Positions 1-13,150 of a DNA stretch of 64,000 nt are shown here, in pieces. The notes under the pieces are model-generated. The model was not told the origin of the DNA and did no database searches. It saw only the letters and a program-made list of their open reading frames with translations. A program made the translations under genes and the position numbers. Origin of the DNA: Octopus vulgaris (Eukaryota); contig OX597820.1 in assembly GCA_951406725.2 (NCBI GenBank), positions 100,874,001-100,938,000 on the forward strand, read 5' to 3'. Each line of letters begins with the position of its first letter. The stretch's first letter is position 1.

Positions 1-805
1 TACCTCAAGTCTTTCATCCTCACGACGCAGGACATTGGCAAATTTTTCCTTCTCTGCTTCCCCTCTGGCTAGATAGACCTGTCTCCTGGCTTCCCTTCTG
101 GCAGACTGATACACTTCCCTGCTACCACCGTTCTTCCAGGCCTTCCAAGCCTGTTTCTTTTGTCTAATAGCCCTGTCAACAATATTGTTCCACCACCACG
201 TTATTTTGGGTCTTAAGGGGACTTTGCACCAGCCACAGATCTGGTCAGCGGCTTTCAGCAGGTTGTCCCTCAGAAGCGTCCAGTTGTCTTCTACCCCATG
301 CGTAGCTATACTCCCTTCCATTTCGTCTAAAGCTTCAAATAACATATCTCTAAATCTCTGTCCATTCGCAGGGTCTTTAAGCTTCCAGACCCTTCTTCTC
401 CATGTTGGTCGTCTTCTAGTCGCCCTCTTAGTCCTGATCCTAAAGTCACTAACTACCAGTCTATGTTGTGGGGTGCATTCTTCACTTGGGAAGGTTTTGG
501 CATTTATAAGCAGCCATCTTTCCCTTTTTCTGGCAAGGATGTAGTCGATTTGGCTAGTATGCCGGCCCGATCGGTAGGTGACCAGGTGGCTTGTCGGTTT
601 CCTGAAGTTAGTGTTGCAAATCATAAGACTATTCGCATCGCAGAACTCCAGCAGCCTGGTTCCCTCCTCGTTGCGGGAACCATAACCGTAGCCTCCATGC
701 ACGCCATGGAAGCCCCCAGCACGTCGTCCAACATGCCCATTGAAGTCACCAGCCACAAAGAGAAGGTCCCTGTCGTTCGTCAATGATGTGGTCTGCAGTA
801 GGGTG

Positions 806-808
<3 letters not shown>
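1..808 (-). mobile_element. RTE/BovB-clade LINE fragment (AP endonuclease and linker), runs off window start
   Basis: Minus-strand translation LFVAGDFNGHVG...SRNEEGTRLLEFC...SQIDYILAR...ECTPQHRLVVSDF...TWWWN; frameshift near 215. Confidence 0.92.
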
Positions 809-864
<56 letters not shown>

Positions 865-868
865 TATA

Positions 869-1133
869 TTACATACATATTAGAGGGATGACCACTAAGT
901 GGACATCCATTATGCTAAAAGCGAGCTTACATTCTGGCGTTTGCTAAATTTTCTTGAGAACAATCCATAGGGTGTCTACTCCTAGCATAATGGATGTCCA
1001 CTTTAGTGGTCATCCCTCTTTTATGTATGTAATATAATTTTTCTGAATCTTCAGATTTTGCAATATGCTAGACCGCTGGTTTTAAATTGATATTAATCAA
1101 ATTAATATTCAATTTTTCACCCTTATTATTTTA

Positions 1134-1138
<5 letters not shown>
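869..1138 (+). mobile_element. PLE-like 3' terminal remnant with 5' inverted duplication
   Basis: ~869-917 is the reverse complement of ~983-1032; end motifs ctagaccgctggt and cacccttatt resemble those of the 1706, 12561 and 14140 elements; between microsatellites. Confidence 0.6.
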
Positions 1139-1201
<63 letters not shown>

Positions 1202-1204
1202 AAT

Positions 1205-1237
<33 letters not shown>

Positions 1238-1239
1238 TA

Positions 1240-1470
1240 TTCTTTATTCTTTTATTTGTTTCAATCATTTGGCTGCGGCCATGCTGGAGCACCGCCTTTA
1301 GTCAAGCAAATCGACCCCAGTACTTATTCTTTGTATGCCCAGTACTTATTCTATTCGTCTCTTTTGCCAAACTGCTAAGTGACGGAGACGTAAACACACC
1401 AGCATCGGTTGTCAAGTAATGTTGGGGGAATAAACACAGATACACAAACACACACACACACACACATATG

Positions 1471-1524
<54 letters not shown>

Positions 1525-1683
1525 TATATACGATGGGCTTCTTTCGGTTTCCGTCTACCAAATCCACTTACAAGACTTTGGTCAGCCTGAGGCTATAGTA
1601 GAAGACACTTGCCCAAGGTGCCACAGAGTGGGTCTGAACCCAGAACCATGTGATTGGTAAGCAAGCTACTTACCACACAGCTA
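1240..1683 (-). mobile_element. tRNA-derived SINE family A (CORE-like) with internal (CA)n(TA)n
   Basis: Head tgtgtggtaag...ggttcagacccac, ccttgggcaagtgtctt; closely similar copies at 19552, 27157, 34478, 45530. Confidence 0.85.
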
Positions 1684-1705
1684 CTATATATATATATATA
1701 TATAT

Positions 1706-2019
1706 AAGCAATTAGGGGTTTAGCAACGAATTGCCTTACCGCACACCGAATTTAGAAATAGCAGTCAAAGAGATTATAGCTATTTCTTCTACTAAAAGGG
1801 AGATCTGTGTTTTTACTGAGATCTCCCTTTTAGTAGAAGAAATAGCTATAATCTCTTTGACTGCTATTTCTAAATTCGGTGTGCGGTAAGGCAATTCGTT
1901 GCTAAACCCCTAATTGCTTAGTATTACTTAAATTTTCCTCGAATGAGGCTTTTACATGCCGAAGACTACTTGGTGTAATTGATAATTATTCCAAATTAAT
2001 TAATTTCACCCTTCATTGT

Positions 2020-2021
<2 letters not shown>
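1706..2021 (+). mobile_element. PLE-like terminal remnant with perfect ~100 bp fold-back
   Basis: 1706-1806 is the reverse complement of ~1819-1919; tail motifs shared with 12561 element; both flanks (TA)n. Confidence 0.65.
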
Positions 2022-2067
<46 letters not shown>

Positions 2068-2068
2068 G

Positions 2069-2102
<34 letters not shown>

Positions 2103-3234
2103 TATATATATATATATAAAAACAAACGCACATATTCACACACACACTGGGATTCCATCCAGTTTCTCTCAACCAAAAACCACTCACAAGTCTTTGGTTG
2201 GCCCAGAGCTATAGAAGTAAACATTTGCTGAATGTGTCACAATGGGACTGAACCCTAAACCACAGTCTCACATACCCCCAATATACAATATATACATGTA
2301 TGTGTGTGTGTGTGTGTGCATGCATGCATGCATGTGTGTGTGTGCATGCATGCATGCATGTGTGTGTGTATTTGTGTGTGTGTGTGTGTTTGTGAGTGTG
2401 TGTTTTGACCTTCATCTACAATCACTGAATCATTGTAAGCAGTATTGTTTTCAATTTCTCATTTCCCGAGCACTTCATGCTTTCGAAGCTGTGTAGAATA
2501 AGTGGTCCCTTACTTGAGAAACAAGTAAGGGTCAGTATTAAGTAGGATGTATGCGCCTATAAAACAATGCCTCAAATAACATATCAGTTCAACTCATACA
2601 AGCAAGGGAAAATGAGGCATAAAATTAATGAATGAACGAACAAGATCTGTTTGTTTCAGATCCTATTTTTCATGTCAGCAGATCTAATCAATAAGTATTT
2701 TCTTCATCATTTATACATTGAACATAACAACTTCCAACTATTTCCTTCTGGTCTTCTGATTTTATTTCGCCCTTGGGATATATATATAAACATGGGTTGA
2801 AATGAATGGCAAATTAGTGATGGGGGATTTTAATCAGCGTATTTTTGCTGAAGATATTTTCTCCTCCACTCAATCAATACCTTCCATACTACTCCCTTAT
2901 TTTACTCTCTCTACTACCACCCTTTTACAACTATTAATCTGTTCCTTTCATCTTACTTACGCTATTCTCCCTTAATTATAGAGACTACTCTGGGCTCGTA
3001 GCTTTGCAAGTTATGAGGTGAACTTCACACTAATGGTGGTACCGCATAGGAAAAAGGAAAAAAAATAAAACAAGCATCCAGTACACTCTGTAAAGTGGTT
3101 GACATTAGGAAGGTCATCCAACCATAGAAACCATACCAGAGTAGATGCTGTAGGATGGACATAAACCTCTGAGTCGTTGAATCCAGTAAAAACTGTTCAA
3201 ACCAATGTCAGCATAGAAACTGAACATTAAAAGG

Positions 3235-3430
3235 GTGGTGGTGATGAGAATGATGGTGTGGTGGTGGTGGTGGTGGCGGCGGTGGCGGTGGTAGTTGTGG
3301 TGGTGGTGACAGTGACGATGATGATGATAGTGGTGACAACAATGATGATGATGATGGCAACAAGGATGACGACAATGACGAAGACGACAACGACGACGAT
3401 GATGACGATGATGATGATGATGACAATAAC
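3235..3430. repeat. (GGT)n/(GAT)n compound microsatellite
   Basis: Direct reading; follows a diverged RTE-tail copy at ~3060-3235. Confidence 0.9.
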
Positions 3431-4067
3431 AATGTATAAATACCTGTCATGAGTAATTCAAAGTTGATAACCCAGATAGACAAAAAAAAAAAAGAAAAAA
3501 GAAAGAAACCCCTGCCCCCTTTGTTTATGTTTCAGAATACTTCTTTTTTTTTTTGTATTACAACAAACCAGTGTTTAGACTAAAACAAACCATGTGAAAA
3601 CTATTTACTGTGTCAAAATAACAGCATAACAGTTGAATAACTCTGGCCTGCTCTGATGTATAATAAAGTCATTCACCTGACACACAGGTAAGTTGTATGA
3701 CAATATAGAATTTCTCTTGATAACTCATCCTAATTGCAAAGACTGAAGTAGTGTTTACTGCTTGGAATATTGAGTCAACAATTTATTTATTTAGTCCAAG
3801 CTAAAAGTGCTTCTTTATTTCTTTTTCCCCTTTTTCTTTCTCTTTATATTTCTCTTTTTTTATTTTCTTGAAAGGTTTTATTTCACTAAAATACGAGTAA
3901 CAAAACTCTTTATCATTGCGTCCCTTTATAAAAATTAATCCCAGGTTTTTGTATATTCCTGAAAAAGGTAATATCAAAGCATTCTAAGAAATGCTTTGAT
4001 ACCATAGTTGGGATTGGAAATCAGCATTCTTTCAGAAGAAATCTTTAAAGGGATGATACGTGAGCTC

Positions 4068-4105
<38 letters not shown>

Positions 4106-4659
4106 GTTTTTAGACTTTGGGATTTGAGGATTTGGGCTTTATTTTTTTCTTGAAGATAAGTAATCTTGTAAGTTATTATCTTTAGCTATATATTATCCAT
4201 TATCCTTTCAAAGCTGCAGATAAGTTCCTTATTGATAACAGAAGAGAGCTTCTGAAACACCTCATATGCATTGTTTGAGATTTGGAAGATAAGAAAGAAT
4301 GAATGAAAAATCATTTTGTTGTTAAATCAGAGGAAAAAGCTTCAGATGGAACTGTGGCTTCGTTGAAATATCATTATAAGATGATACATGGTATTATATT
4401 TTCTATCAAAGGTGTCTATATGTGGCATGAGTGTATATGTGTGTGTGTGTGTGTATGAATGTATGTGTGTGTGTGTGTGTGAGAGAGTTTTATAATATCT
4501 ATTTCAGTTCCTCACACTTTAGTGTATAAATCTCATCAATCCGAATTTTGCCACTTTGTCTTTCTTGCACATTAGTCTTTGGATTTGATTCAACCTTGTC
4601 ATATATATGTATGTGCATGAAAACTATGTATATGTATATGCATTTGTATGTGTATATAT

Positions 4660-5075
4660 ATAGTTAATCCAAACAAGAAAGACCAAAAAAACACAACAAA
4701 GCGAGGACGTGGAACAAATATAGTATTATTGGACGCTCAGGAAAGAAGGAAAGAAGGAGGGTTTAACGTTTTGGGCGGAGCTCTTCGTTGGAAACATAGG
4801 AGAAGGAAAGATCCAGAGAAGGGAAGACAGAGGAAAAAAAATCGCCAACGGTACACACGCGGTCACATCTTTCCTGAGCGTCCAATAATACTATATTTGT
4901 TCCACATCCTCGTGTTGTTGTGTTTTTCTTTTGTGCTTTCTTGTTTGGATTAACTTTATATACCGCACGCTCACATGGACCCCAGCCTTCTGAGTGCCTG
5001 AATACCAATTCCTTGATTTTTACACCTACGGATTACTGTTACCATCCATTCTTCCGGAGTACACCACTGAAATCG

Positions 5076-5080
<5 letters not shown>
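4660..5080 (-). mobile_element. Short PLE-like element (family H) with decayed hammerhead and 5' inverted piece
   Basis: Homologous to 14459-14645 and 42366-42575; 4869-4958 inverts 4660-4745; core at 4761-4795 reads gttt CCAACGA agagctccgccc AAAA cgtt aaac. Confidence 0.7.
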
Positions 5081-5137
<57 letters not shown>

Positions 5138-5144
5138 TATTCTG

Positions 5145-5363
5145 TGTGCCACAGCAGAATTGATATTGGTGTTGGTGCCACATAAAAAGCACCTAGTACA
5201 CCCTGTAGGGTGGTTGGCATTTGGAAAGACATCCAGTTATAGAAACCAAGCCAAAATAGAGAATGGAGCCTGATGTGGCCTCTGTCTTTACCAGCTTTGG
5301 TCAAACTGTCCAACCCATGCCAGCACGAAAAAAAGGACATTAAATGATGATGATGATGATGAT
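5145..5363 (+). mobile_element. RTE LINE 3' tail fragment ending in (GAT)n
   Basis: Same sequence abuts RTE coding remnant at 40875-41932. Confidence 0.75.
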
Positions 5364-5384
5364 GGTATTATATATATATATATA

Positions 5385-5632
5385 TATATTTACTGAGGAA
5401 GGCCAGTTTATGGGATTACCCTGGGTTTCCCTTTCATAAAGGATTTAACTTTATGGTGTATTGTCAGACCCCAAAACTTGTTGGCCTAAGACCTCATCAA
5501 AATATGGTCTTAAATTGAAGAGGTCTTAGGCCAACAGGTTTTGGGGTCTGTTGATATGCCATGAAATTAAACCTTTTAGGGACAGGAAACCCAGGGTAAT
5601 CCTATAAATCGGCCTTCCCCAGAAAAATATAT
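5385..5632. mobile_element. Imperfect fold-back (MITE-like) element
   Basis: ~115 bp arms (actgaggaaggcc...ggcctaagacctc / gaggtcttaggcc...ggccttccccag), TA flanks. Confidence 0.7.
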
Positions 5633-5709
5633 ACTGCTCTACATCTTAAACTGTGCTTCTTGTCTGGATATGTTTTCTACAAATGATATATATATATATA
5701 TGTATGTAT

Positions 5710-5764
<55 letters not shown>

Positions 5765-5802
5765 CATACATACATACATACATACATACATACATACATA
5801 CA

Positions 5803-5834
<32 letters not shown>

Positions 5835-5844
5835 CACATACACA

Positions 5845-6555
5845 CTTGAGGGTGAGCTGAAAAGTTCATAGGCTAACTATGAAGGAGTGATGCTAGGGCT
5901 GTGAAATCTTGTATGCATTAGATTCAAATCCTCTTCTTAATAACTGCATTGTTTCTTTCCATCTTAACTGACATCTCACTATTCAAAGACTTCAAAAGTA
6001 ACCAGTAGCAGCTTCTCTTGAAAATCGACAACATTTGGCATTGTGGTATTATCAAGCACCTGCAAAAAAGGGTTTAACCACCAAGGATATTCATGCTGAC
6101 AGGATTACTACATTAGGGGATGATACTGCAGCATTACCAATAGTACAAAAGTGGGCAGTTGAATTTAGGAGGGGAAGGAAGAGTCTCGAAGATGTCCCAA
6201 AGTCTGGACATTCTGCAACTGCCATCACCAAAGAAAACATTGATCATGTTCATCACATGGTGATGGATGACAGGTGATTGACTATAAATCAAATAGCCAA
6301 TGCTGTTAGCATATCCCATGAGAGTGTCGAGAATATTCTGCACAAAGAACTCGGCATGACAAACATTTCTGCTTGGTGGGGGTCATGTCTTCTGATACCT
6401 GATCAAAAACACACCAGGCTGATCCTATCAACAGAAAATCTGAGGCAGATCCAGCTGGTTTCCTCGAACGTTTCCTAACCCAGGATGAGTGCTGGCTTTG
6501 AACCAGAGACAAAGAGATATCCACTCATTAGAAACACACCTCCCCACCTGCTCCA
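5845..6555 (+). mobile_element. mariner transposon relic (5' end and HTH region)
   Basis: VQKWAVEFRRGRKSLEDVPKSG...TINQIANAVSISHESVENILHKELGM...; TIR-like gagggtgagctgaaaagttc; stops and frameshifts. Confidence 0.88.
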
Positions 6556-6584
6556 TATATGTATATATATATGTGTATATATAT

Positions 6585-6750
6585 ATTGTTCAAATTTACA
6601 GAAAACAAAAGATGAAGACAAGTGAAGGAACAACAAGAAGGTGTATTAGTTTAATACTCAGGAAGAATGGAAAAGACTGACATTTCAAGCCTACGAGCTT
6701 ATGCTCTTCAACAGAAAGGATTGAGGGGGAAAAACAGAGAAAAAATGTGC
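6585..6750 (-). mobile_element. Short PLE-like element related to family H with variant hammerhead core
   Basis: Minus strand cttt CTGTTGA agagc...gctt GAAA tgtc; related fragment at 38468-38583. Confidence 0.5.
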
Positions 6751-6755
6751 ATATA

Positions 6756-7152
6756 TCTTTATATATAAAAGAGAGGTTGTGTGCTGTCTATCTCCTACGA
6801 TTTAGATTCCTAACTACTCCCACATTTTGCGGTGCAGTTTAACCAAAACCGGGTATCTTTATAGTTGTGATTCATATCGAGCCCTTCTGGGTATTAGTGC
6901 GCGTCTACAATGAGTCTACGATTTTAAAAAAAATTTACCATCAATTTTTCCCATTTTTAATGCATTTTTGGCATATATAAGGGAAGTAACTCTCTAAAAA
7001 TTTATTATTAAATCTCAGAACGTAAAAAGCTACAGTAACACCCCGCCTTTGTGGTTAGCCATATTGAGATGGCTATTATACTTTACATCTCTAAAAATGC
7101 TTATATAGTTATTTCCCTTATAAACCCAAGCAACGCCGGGTGATACTGCTAG
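6756..7152 (+). mobile_element. Non-autonomous Helitron
   Basis: 5' TC (tctttatatataaaag), 3' GC-rich hairpin cccaagcaacgccggg then CTAG, inserted between A and T, no TSD. Confidence 0.85.
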
Positions 7153-7166
7153 TATATATATATATA

Positions 7167-8067
7167 TTGGGTTGTCCCATAAATAATGGGTGTTTTGTAT
7201 ACTTCTTTTATTTTTCAACATTAAAATAAACAAATTTCTTTTTTAATCTAAAATATACTCTCCTTCATTTTCTAGAATGCTCTTCCACCTGTCTGGTAGA
7301 CTTGCATGGCCCGTTGTACAAAATTCACTTGTCTATGAGGAAAAATACTCCTCCAGTACTGTCCTGACCTCATCTACAGAATTCATATTGTTTCCATCGA
7401 AATGATTTTGAAGACTGCAGAAAAAATGATAATTAGATGAGGTAATGTCTGGCGAGTATGGTGGGTGGAGCATCGTTTCCCATTCAAACTCCTCCAGCCT
7501 TTGGAATGTCATCCTCACTGTATGTGGCTGAGCAGTATCCTGAAACCAAAGTTGGTCGTTTTATTTCTAGAACTGATTTGAATGACTGGTTGAATAACTA
7601 AATCCAAGCTTCTCTGCTAGTTCCTCAACAGTTGTGCTGGGATACTGTTCCACCAAGGTTTGCAAGAATCCTTGTCGAGCTCTACAGATCTTCCAAGATG
7701 AAACTCATTTCCTAGGCTGTAGTTTCTGGCTTGGAATTTCTGAAACTACCATTGACATTGGCTTATGCTTATTGTCATATCCCCATATATTGTATTAATA
7801 TTCCTCACACTTTCTGTTGTGTTGTTGCCTTTATTGAACTCATAAAGCAAAATATGCTGAATGTGCACCCTTATCATTTCCATTATAGTTTTGAAAAAAA
7901 TAACTGTTAAAATCGAGCTGCACTCTTCAAAACTTGCACTAAGAATAAGGACAAGGTAAAATTACTACCTACTTTTATAACAAGTTGATGCAAGTAGTTT
8001 ATCCCATCTTCCTACAACTTTTAGTTCAAGCAATTGAAAAAACTGCATTATTTATGGGATGACCCAA
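7167..8067 (-). mobile_element. Internally deleted mariner element with both TIRs
   Basis: TIRs ttgggttgtcccataaataatg / cattatttatgggatgacccaa, TA TSD; HPPYSPDITSSNYHFFCSLQNHF motif. Confidence 0.92.
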
Positions 8068-8107
8068 TATATAAACACATACATATGCATATACATTTAT
8101 ACATATA

Positions 8108-8148
<41 letters not shown>

Positions 8149-8514
8149 ATGTGTTCCATGTTGTAAGCTACTTGCTTGCTTGCAGCTAGTAGACCGAAAA
8201 CTCACATAGTGGTACATCTTCTCAAGGAGAAAGTCATAGACTTTGTGACTTTAATGAAATTTGTTATTTTTAGTTCCAGACATAAACATCTAAGAATACT
8301 GTATATCCACCTTAAGCACAGTTATAAACATTGAAAACATTTACTGACCAGGAAAATAATTGCTTTGCAGTAAGTAATTATAAAAATTAAAACAGTGTTT
8401 AGAAAAGAAAATCATGTTTTGTGAGAAAATTGAAAATGTTAAAGAATAAAAATTCATTTTAGATTCTGCTTGCTTGTTTTTTTTTTATTGTACTCTATTT
8501 CATTTTTTTCTTCA

Positions 8515-8842
8515 TCTTTTACATGTTCCAGTCATTAGAGTGCAACCATGCTGGGGCCCCACCTTGAAGGGTTTTATTCAAACAAACTGACCCCAGAACT
8601 TACATTTTTTTTTCAGTTTTGTTTTGGATTTTAAGTATGGTATTTATTCTGTCATTCTCTTTTGCCTAGCCTCGAAGTTAAGGGGATTTAAACAAGTCAA
8701 CACCAATAGTTAAAAGTGGTGGGTGGGAGGAGAAACACAAACACATACATACACACACACACATACACACACACGCACACACACTCATCAAAGGCTCCCA
8801 CATAGTTTACCATTTGCCAAGTTCACTCACAAACCATTGCTC
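8515..8842 (-). mobile_element. Diverged SINE family A copy
   Basis: Similarity to 1240-1683. Confidence 0.65.
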
Positions 8843-9774
8843 AACTTTAAACTGTCTCTTAGATAGAGAGGATGCAATATTTCTGAGTGAATAAAATTTG
8901 ACAGCATCTTTTTAAAGTAATTTATACAAAATATACTAAATTTTTGAGATTGAATTTTTTTAGGTACTAATAAACTCACACAGGACATAATACTTCTGCT
9001 CTATAGATTGCTACATTAATTTGATACTATTTTGCATACACTGAATTTTTATTCAGCCTGGCAGCTATTTGCAATGTCAGTGAATGTTTTATTCACTGTT
9101 TCCTTGGCATGAGATGATCTGTCAAACTAAAACCCTCCAGAGCAGTGTACCAGCATGGCTGCAGTCCAATAATTGAAATAAGTAAAGAATAAAAGGAAGA
9201 TAAAGAGAAATATTGGCAGAAAGCCAGACATGTAACCAGAAAGACAGCCAAACTGATATCTATATGTGTCTATATTTGTATGTATTTCCAGTTCTTGAAT
9301 TAAAGATATTTCACTTGTTATTCTACTCACATTTGTTCTACCCTCAACCTGCTATTTGATTCAACCATCTGTTAGAAAGATATTTCATGGTGTTTACTGT
9401 TGAATTCTGCCATATCATTATAACATCTACGTGTCATCTACTTGATTACACTTATTGTATCATGATGAAATATAAACTTATCAGTGACTGACTGTTTTGT
9501 AAATGCATGCACTCATACACATGTTTATGTTTTGTGTATAAAAAGCTGGTATATTCTGCATTTTGTACCACATACATCAATATAATGTTTCCATAACAGT
9601 AATATGTTTAAACCTCTAAACGCTATTTGAAATAACTTGATTTTTTTCTGAAATTCTATTCAAGCAGAAATCCTTTTTCTTTGATGCTATTAGCCTCTGG
9701 AAAGTGTTGAAATTCATAGGACTGGTTCAGAGAATATTCTCTTCCATTCAGTTGTAATTATTATCTTGAATAAA

Positions 9775-9983
9775 ACACTGGCAGAATCGTCAGCACACCA
9801 GGCAAAATTCTTAGCAACATTTCATCTATCTTTACGTTCTGAGTTCAAATTCCACCAAAGTCGACTTTGCCTTTCATCTTTTCAGGGTTGATAAATTAAG
9901 TACCAGTGAAACACTGGGTCGATGTAATCAGCTAGTCCCCTCCCCCATAATTTCAGTCCTTGCATCTTTAGTAGACAGGATTA
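9775..9983 (+). mobile_element. tRNA-derived SINE family B (Meta-domain-like)
   Basis: B-box gagttcaaattcc followed by gcctttcatc...gataaattaagtaccag. Confidence 0.8.
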
Positions 9984-10220
9984 TCTTGAATAAAACACAT
10001 GTTTCAACTATAGTTATATTTTGAAGCCAATATTTATATTTCTACAATGAAACCAGTAATGGTGAATTCAAACCTCGCTAGGCAACTTTTCATAACCATT
10101 AATCAGCATTTCTTACACTTAAGCCAATAATAAATTTTTTACATATTCTTCCAAATAACATGACTGTGACTATAACATCTAGAGAAGAACACCTTGTTAT
10201 CATTAACTAGGAGGAAAATA

Positions 10221-11011
10221 CCGTAAAAACCCATGTAATTTACACACTTTTTTCGTAAAAATAAAAATAAACTTTGGGGATGTGTAAATTACAAGAGTAG
10301 ATCATTTCCAGAATTTTTTTTAAAGTTTTTTTGTTGAAAAAAGGCATACAAAACAAATATTTGTACCGGAAGTTGACTCATTTAATGTCAGAATACGTTT
10401 TTACAGAAAAAAATAAGGACTGAACTATAATGAAGTTGACTTTTATTTATGCTGGACGGTATAATGCTTACTTTTACTGTATAAATTTACTAAAACTGTT
10501 AAACGGTTAACTACTTTTTGAAGTCTGATGTATCAAAGGTTCTGACAAGAATAGGTAGAAAATCAGAGCTTGAGACAAGAAGAGAATTCTGATAATTGAC
10601 TTTTCAGCTTTGTTTTTGTTCATAATTCTTATCAACAACTTTTCCTATGATCATGATTTGAGAAGACATACAGCAGTATGCCAAAGATCATATATAATCT
10701 TTTGTGGGCAAGAAATATAAAATAAAGTTTATTATAAACAACACCAGCACTTTGTAATTTAATAGGTTTTAATGTGATACCTGTTAAACAGAAATTGTTT
10801 TAGTTTATGAAAATTTAATAAAATCTAATCATTAGTAAGTGACATTATGCTAAGTACAACAAAACTGAAAACCTTTCTCCCTGGTTATATTGGCAATTCT
10901 GAAAACTTTTGGGTGTGAATTTTACAAGAGTAGAAGCTTTATTAACAAATTTTATCCTGAAAATTACCTGTGTAAATTACACAGGTGTGCAAATTATATG
11001 GGTTTTTACAG
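10221..11011. mobile_element. Non-autonomous pogo/Tigger-like DNA transposon
   Basis: TIRs ccgtaaaaacccatgtaatttacacac / gtgtgcaaattatatgggtttttacag, TA on both sides. Confidence 0.8.
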
Positions 11012-11070
11012 TATTCACCATTACACTGATTGAAAAATGATCATCATCAGAAACCTAACGAATACTTTAA

Positions 11071-11290
11071 CCCTTTCGTTACTGTATTTATTTTGAGATG
11101 CTCTGTGTTTCTTTCAATTATTTTAAATATAACAAAGAATTTAGTAAAATAATTTAATTATCATTAAGCGAGTGTTAGGAACATAAATTGCAACTAAGGT
11201 TTGGTGGTATAGTTTAATGCAAAACTTATGAAAACAAGACATTTCTACAACAGAGCCAGAGCCGGTTTTGGCCGGGTTGGTAACAAAAGG
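11071..11290 (+). mobile_element. piggyBac-like MITE
   Basis: ttaa-ccctttcgttac ... gtaacaaaaggg; copies at 18340, 22971, 51568. Confidence 0.8.
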
Positions 11291-12169
11291 CATCATATAG
11301 CCTTAAGTTTTCCATTTACTTCATTAAATTTCCATAGGGCCTTCTTGGCTTTTGCCAAGGGAATCTATACTAACTTTGCAGAACTTTCATACCTGCTATT
11401 CCTCACCCAAAAGTGTTCTGTAAGTTGCACTCCCATGAATAAAAGCTCTATATTTGTGATCATTTTATTTCTAGATCTAAACTACACAAAGCAATATGAC
11501 AGAAATCTGCCCACACTTCTCTTCTGCACTCCACCTTCTTCATCATCCTCATATAATGGAGAAAACTTTTCTAATCACTCTAACAGAATGAGGCAACTAG
11601 CAAATAGTGCACACCAAAGCTTAATGTGATTTTCAGCAAACTTTTTATTATATTCATATTTATTCTCAGAACCTGCTGAGAGGAACAATCTCACTGACCC
11701 TTGAAACTGTTATCCTATCAACTTTTTAATATCTCCATGACAGTGGAAGTACTTAAACAACCACAGTCATCACCATCAAACTCTTTCCTTTCTTAATGAC
11801 TTTCAGTATAATTTATGATGCACCAGCTCTTGCTTTCCTGAAGCTACAAACATTGGTACTTGCAAAGCAATATATAATGTTCTTGAAAACTTTGACAAAA
11901 GAAAAGCTGTTGCTATTAACTGTGGTGTTTGTGGTGTTATGGGCTGTGATGAGCTATGTGGTGTTGGTGGAGAAGATTGCAGATGAGGTAGACAGAAGTG
12001 AAGACTGCAGGGGCCGGTGGAACAGCCACGGGCACATGCGTGGGCAGGAAGCACGGGTGGGCTAGTTCGAGGAGAGACAGCAGCTTGCAAGGACGTGTTT
12101 ATTTCTTGACAGTGATCGCTCATCCCGCCTAGGTCAACAGTTAAGGTCTCTGTATTTCTTTCTCCTGTT

Positions 12170-12500
12170 TGCTTCTTTTTCTGTTGTCTTTTTCCTCCAT
12201 GTCCTACTTGTTGGCAACTGTAACACTTTGGTATTTTGAAAGGACAATACTTCCTAAAATGTTGGGCTCCACATCCGTAGCATGGGTTTGGTCTTAAAAT
12301 TCTTTTGTTTATACCTTCCTAGTCAACATGCTTGTACTTGTGAGAACTCCTTCTCTTCAATTTTCTTTATGTTCTGACATAAGTTTACCATTCTTTGACA
12401 CTTCTCTACAACTGGTCCACTTGTTCAAGTTTTGTGAGAATTCTTGCACGTATTTCCACATCTTTGTTTGCCATAAGCCCTTATACAAAAATGAGGCACT
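12170..12500 (-). mobile_element. Gypsy-like LTR retrotransposon gag relic (paired zinc knuckles)
   Basis: Minus-strand translation RPNPCYGCGAQHFRKYCPFKIPKCYSCQQVGH at ~12195-12295. Confidence 0.7.
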
Positions 12501-12560
12501 TAAAATTATCATATATATATATTATTTATATTATTATATATATATATTATATATATATAT

Positions 12561-13150
12561 AATCAACTAATAAGGGTGAGAAAATTGGATACTAATTTAA
12601 TAGTACATCCATTTAACACCAAGTGTCTTAGTGCATAAAAAACCTGGATTTCGATAAATTTTATACATAAATATAAGAGAGTAACCACTATGTGGTCGAC
12701 TCTAGCACTAAAAATAGATCCGCTAGGTTTCAGCCACAAAGAAGTGTTTCCGATGAAAGTTAGCACAACTACTAGTGCAAACGAACAGGGCAAATAAAAA
12801 TAACAAAAATGCAGATTAGTTCAGGACAATTGTTTCGCTATTAATAAATTATGTAATTTTACTCACATAACATATCTATAGCTCTTCAGCCGAACCCGTC
12901 CAGGATACAATTTACTCAACCGCACGTTAGATTTTACCATAACGATAAACACCCGTGCGGTTCAGTCAATTGCATTCGCTGTTATAATTCAAGTGCCCCT
13001 GCCACAGCCCGCCAAAATTCACGGAAACAGATACTACATCCAAAATTAAATGTAGTATAATTACAATCAACTAATAAGGGTGTTTGTGGTTGAAACCTAG
13101 CGGATCTATTTTTAGTGCTAGAGTCGACCACATAGTGGTTACTCTCTTAT

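Noticed and set aside
185-786. Plus-strand ORFs of 119 and 107 aa
   Set aside because: Antisense shadows of the RTE endonuclease
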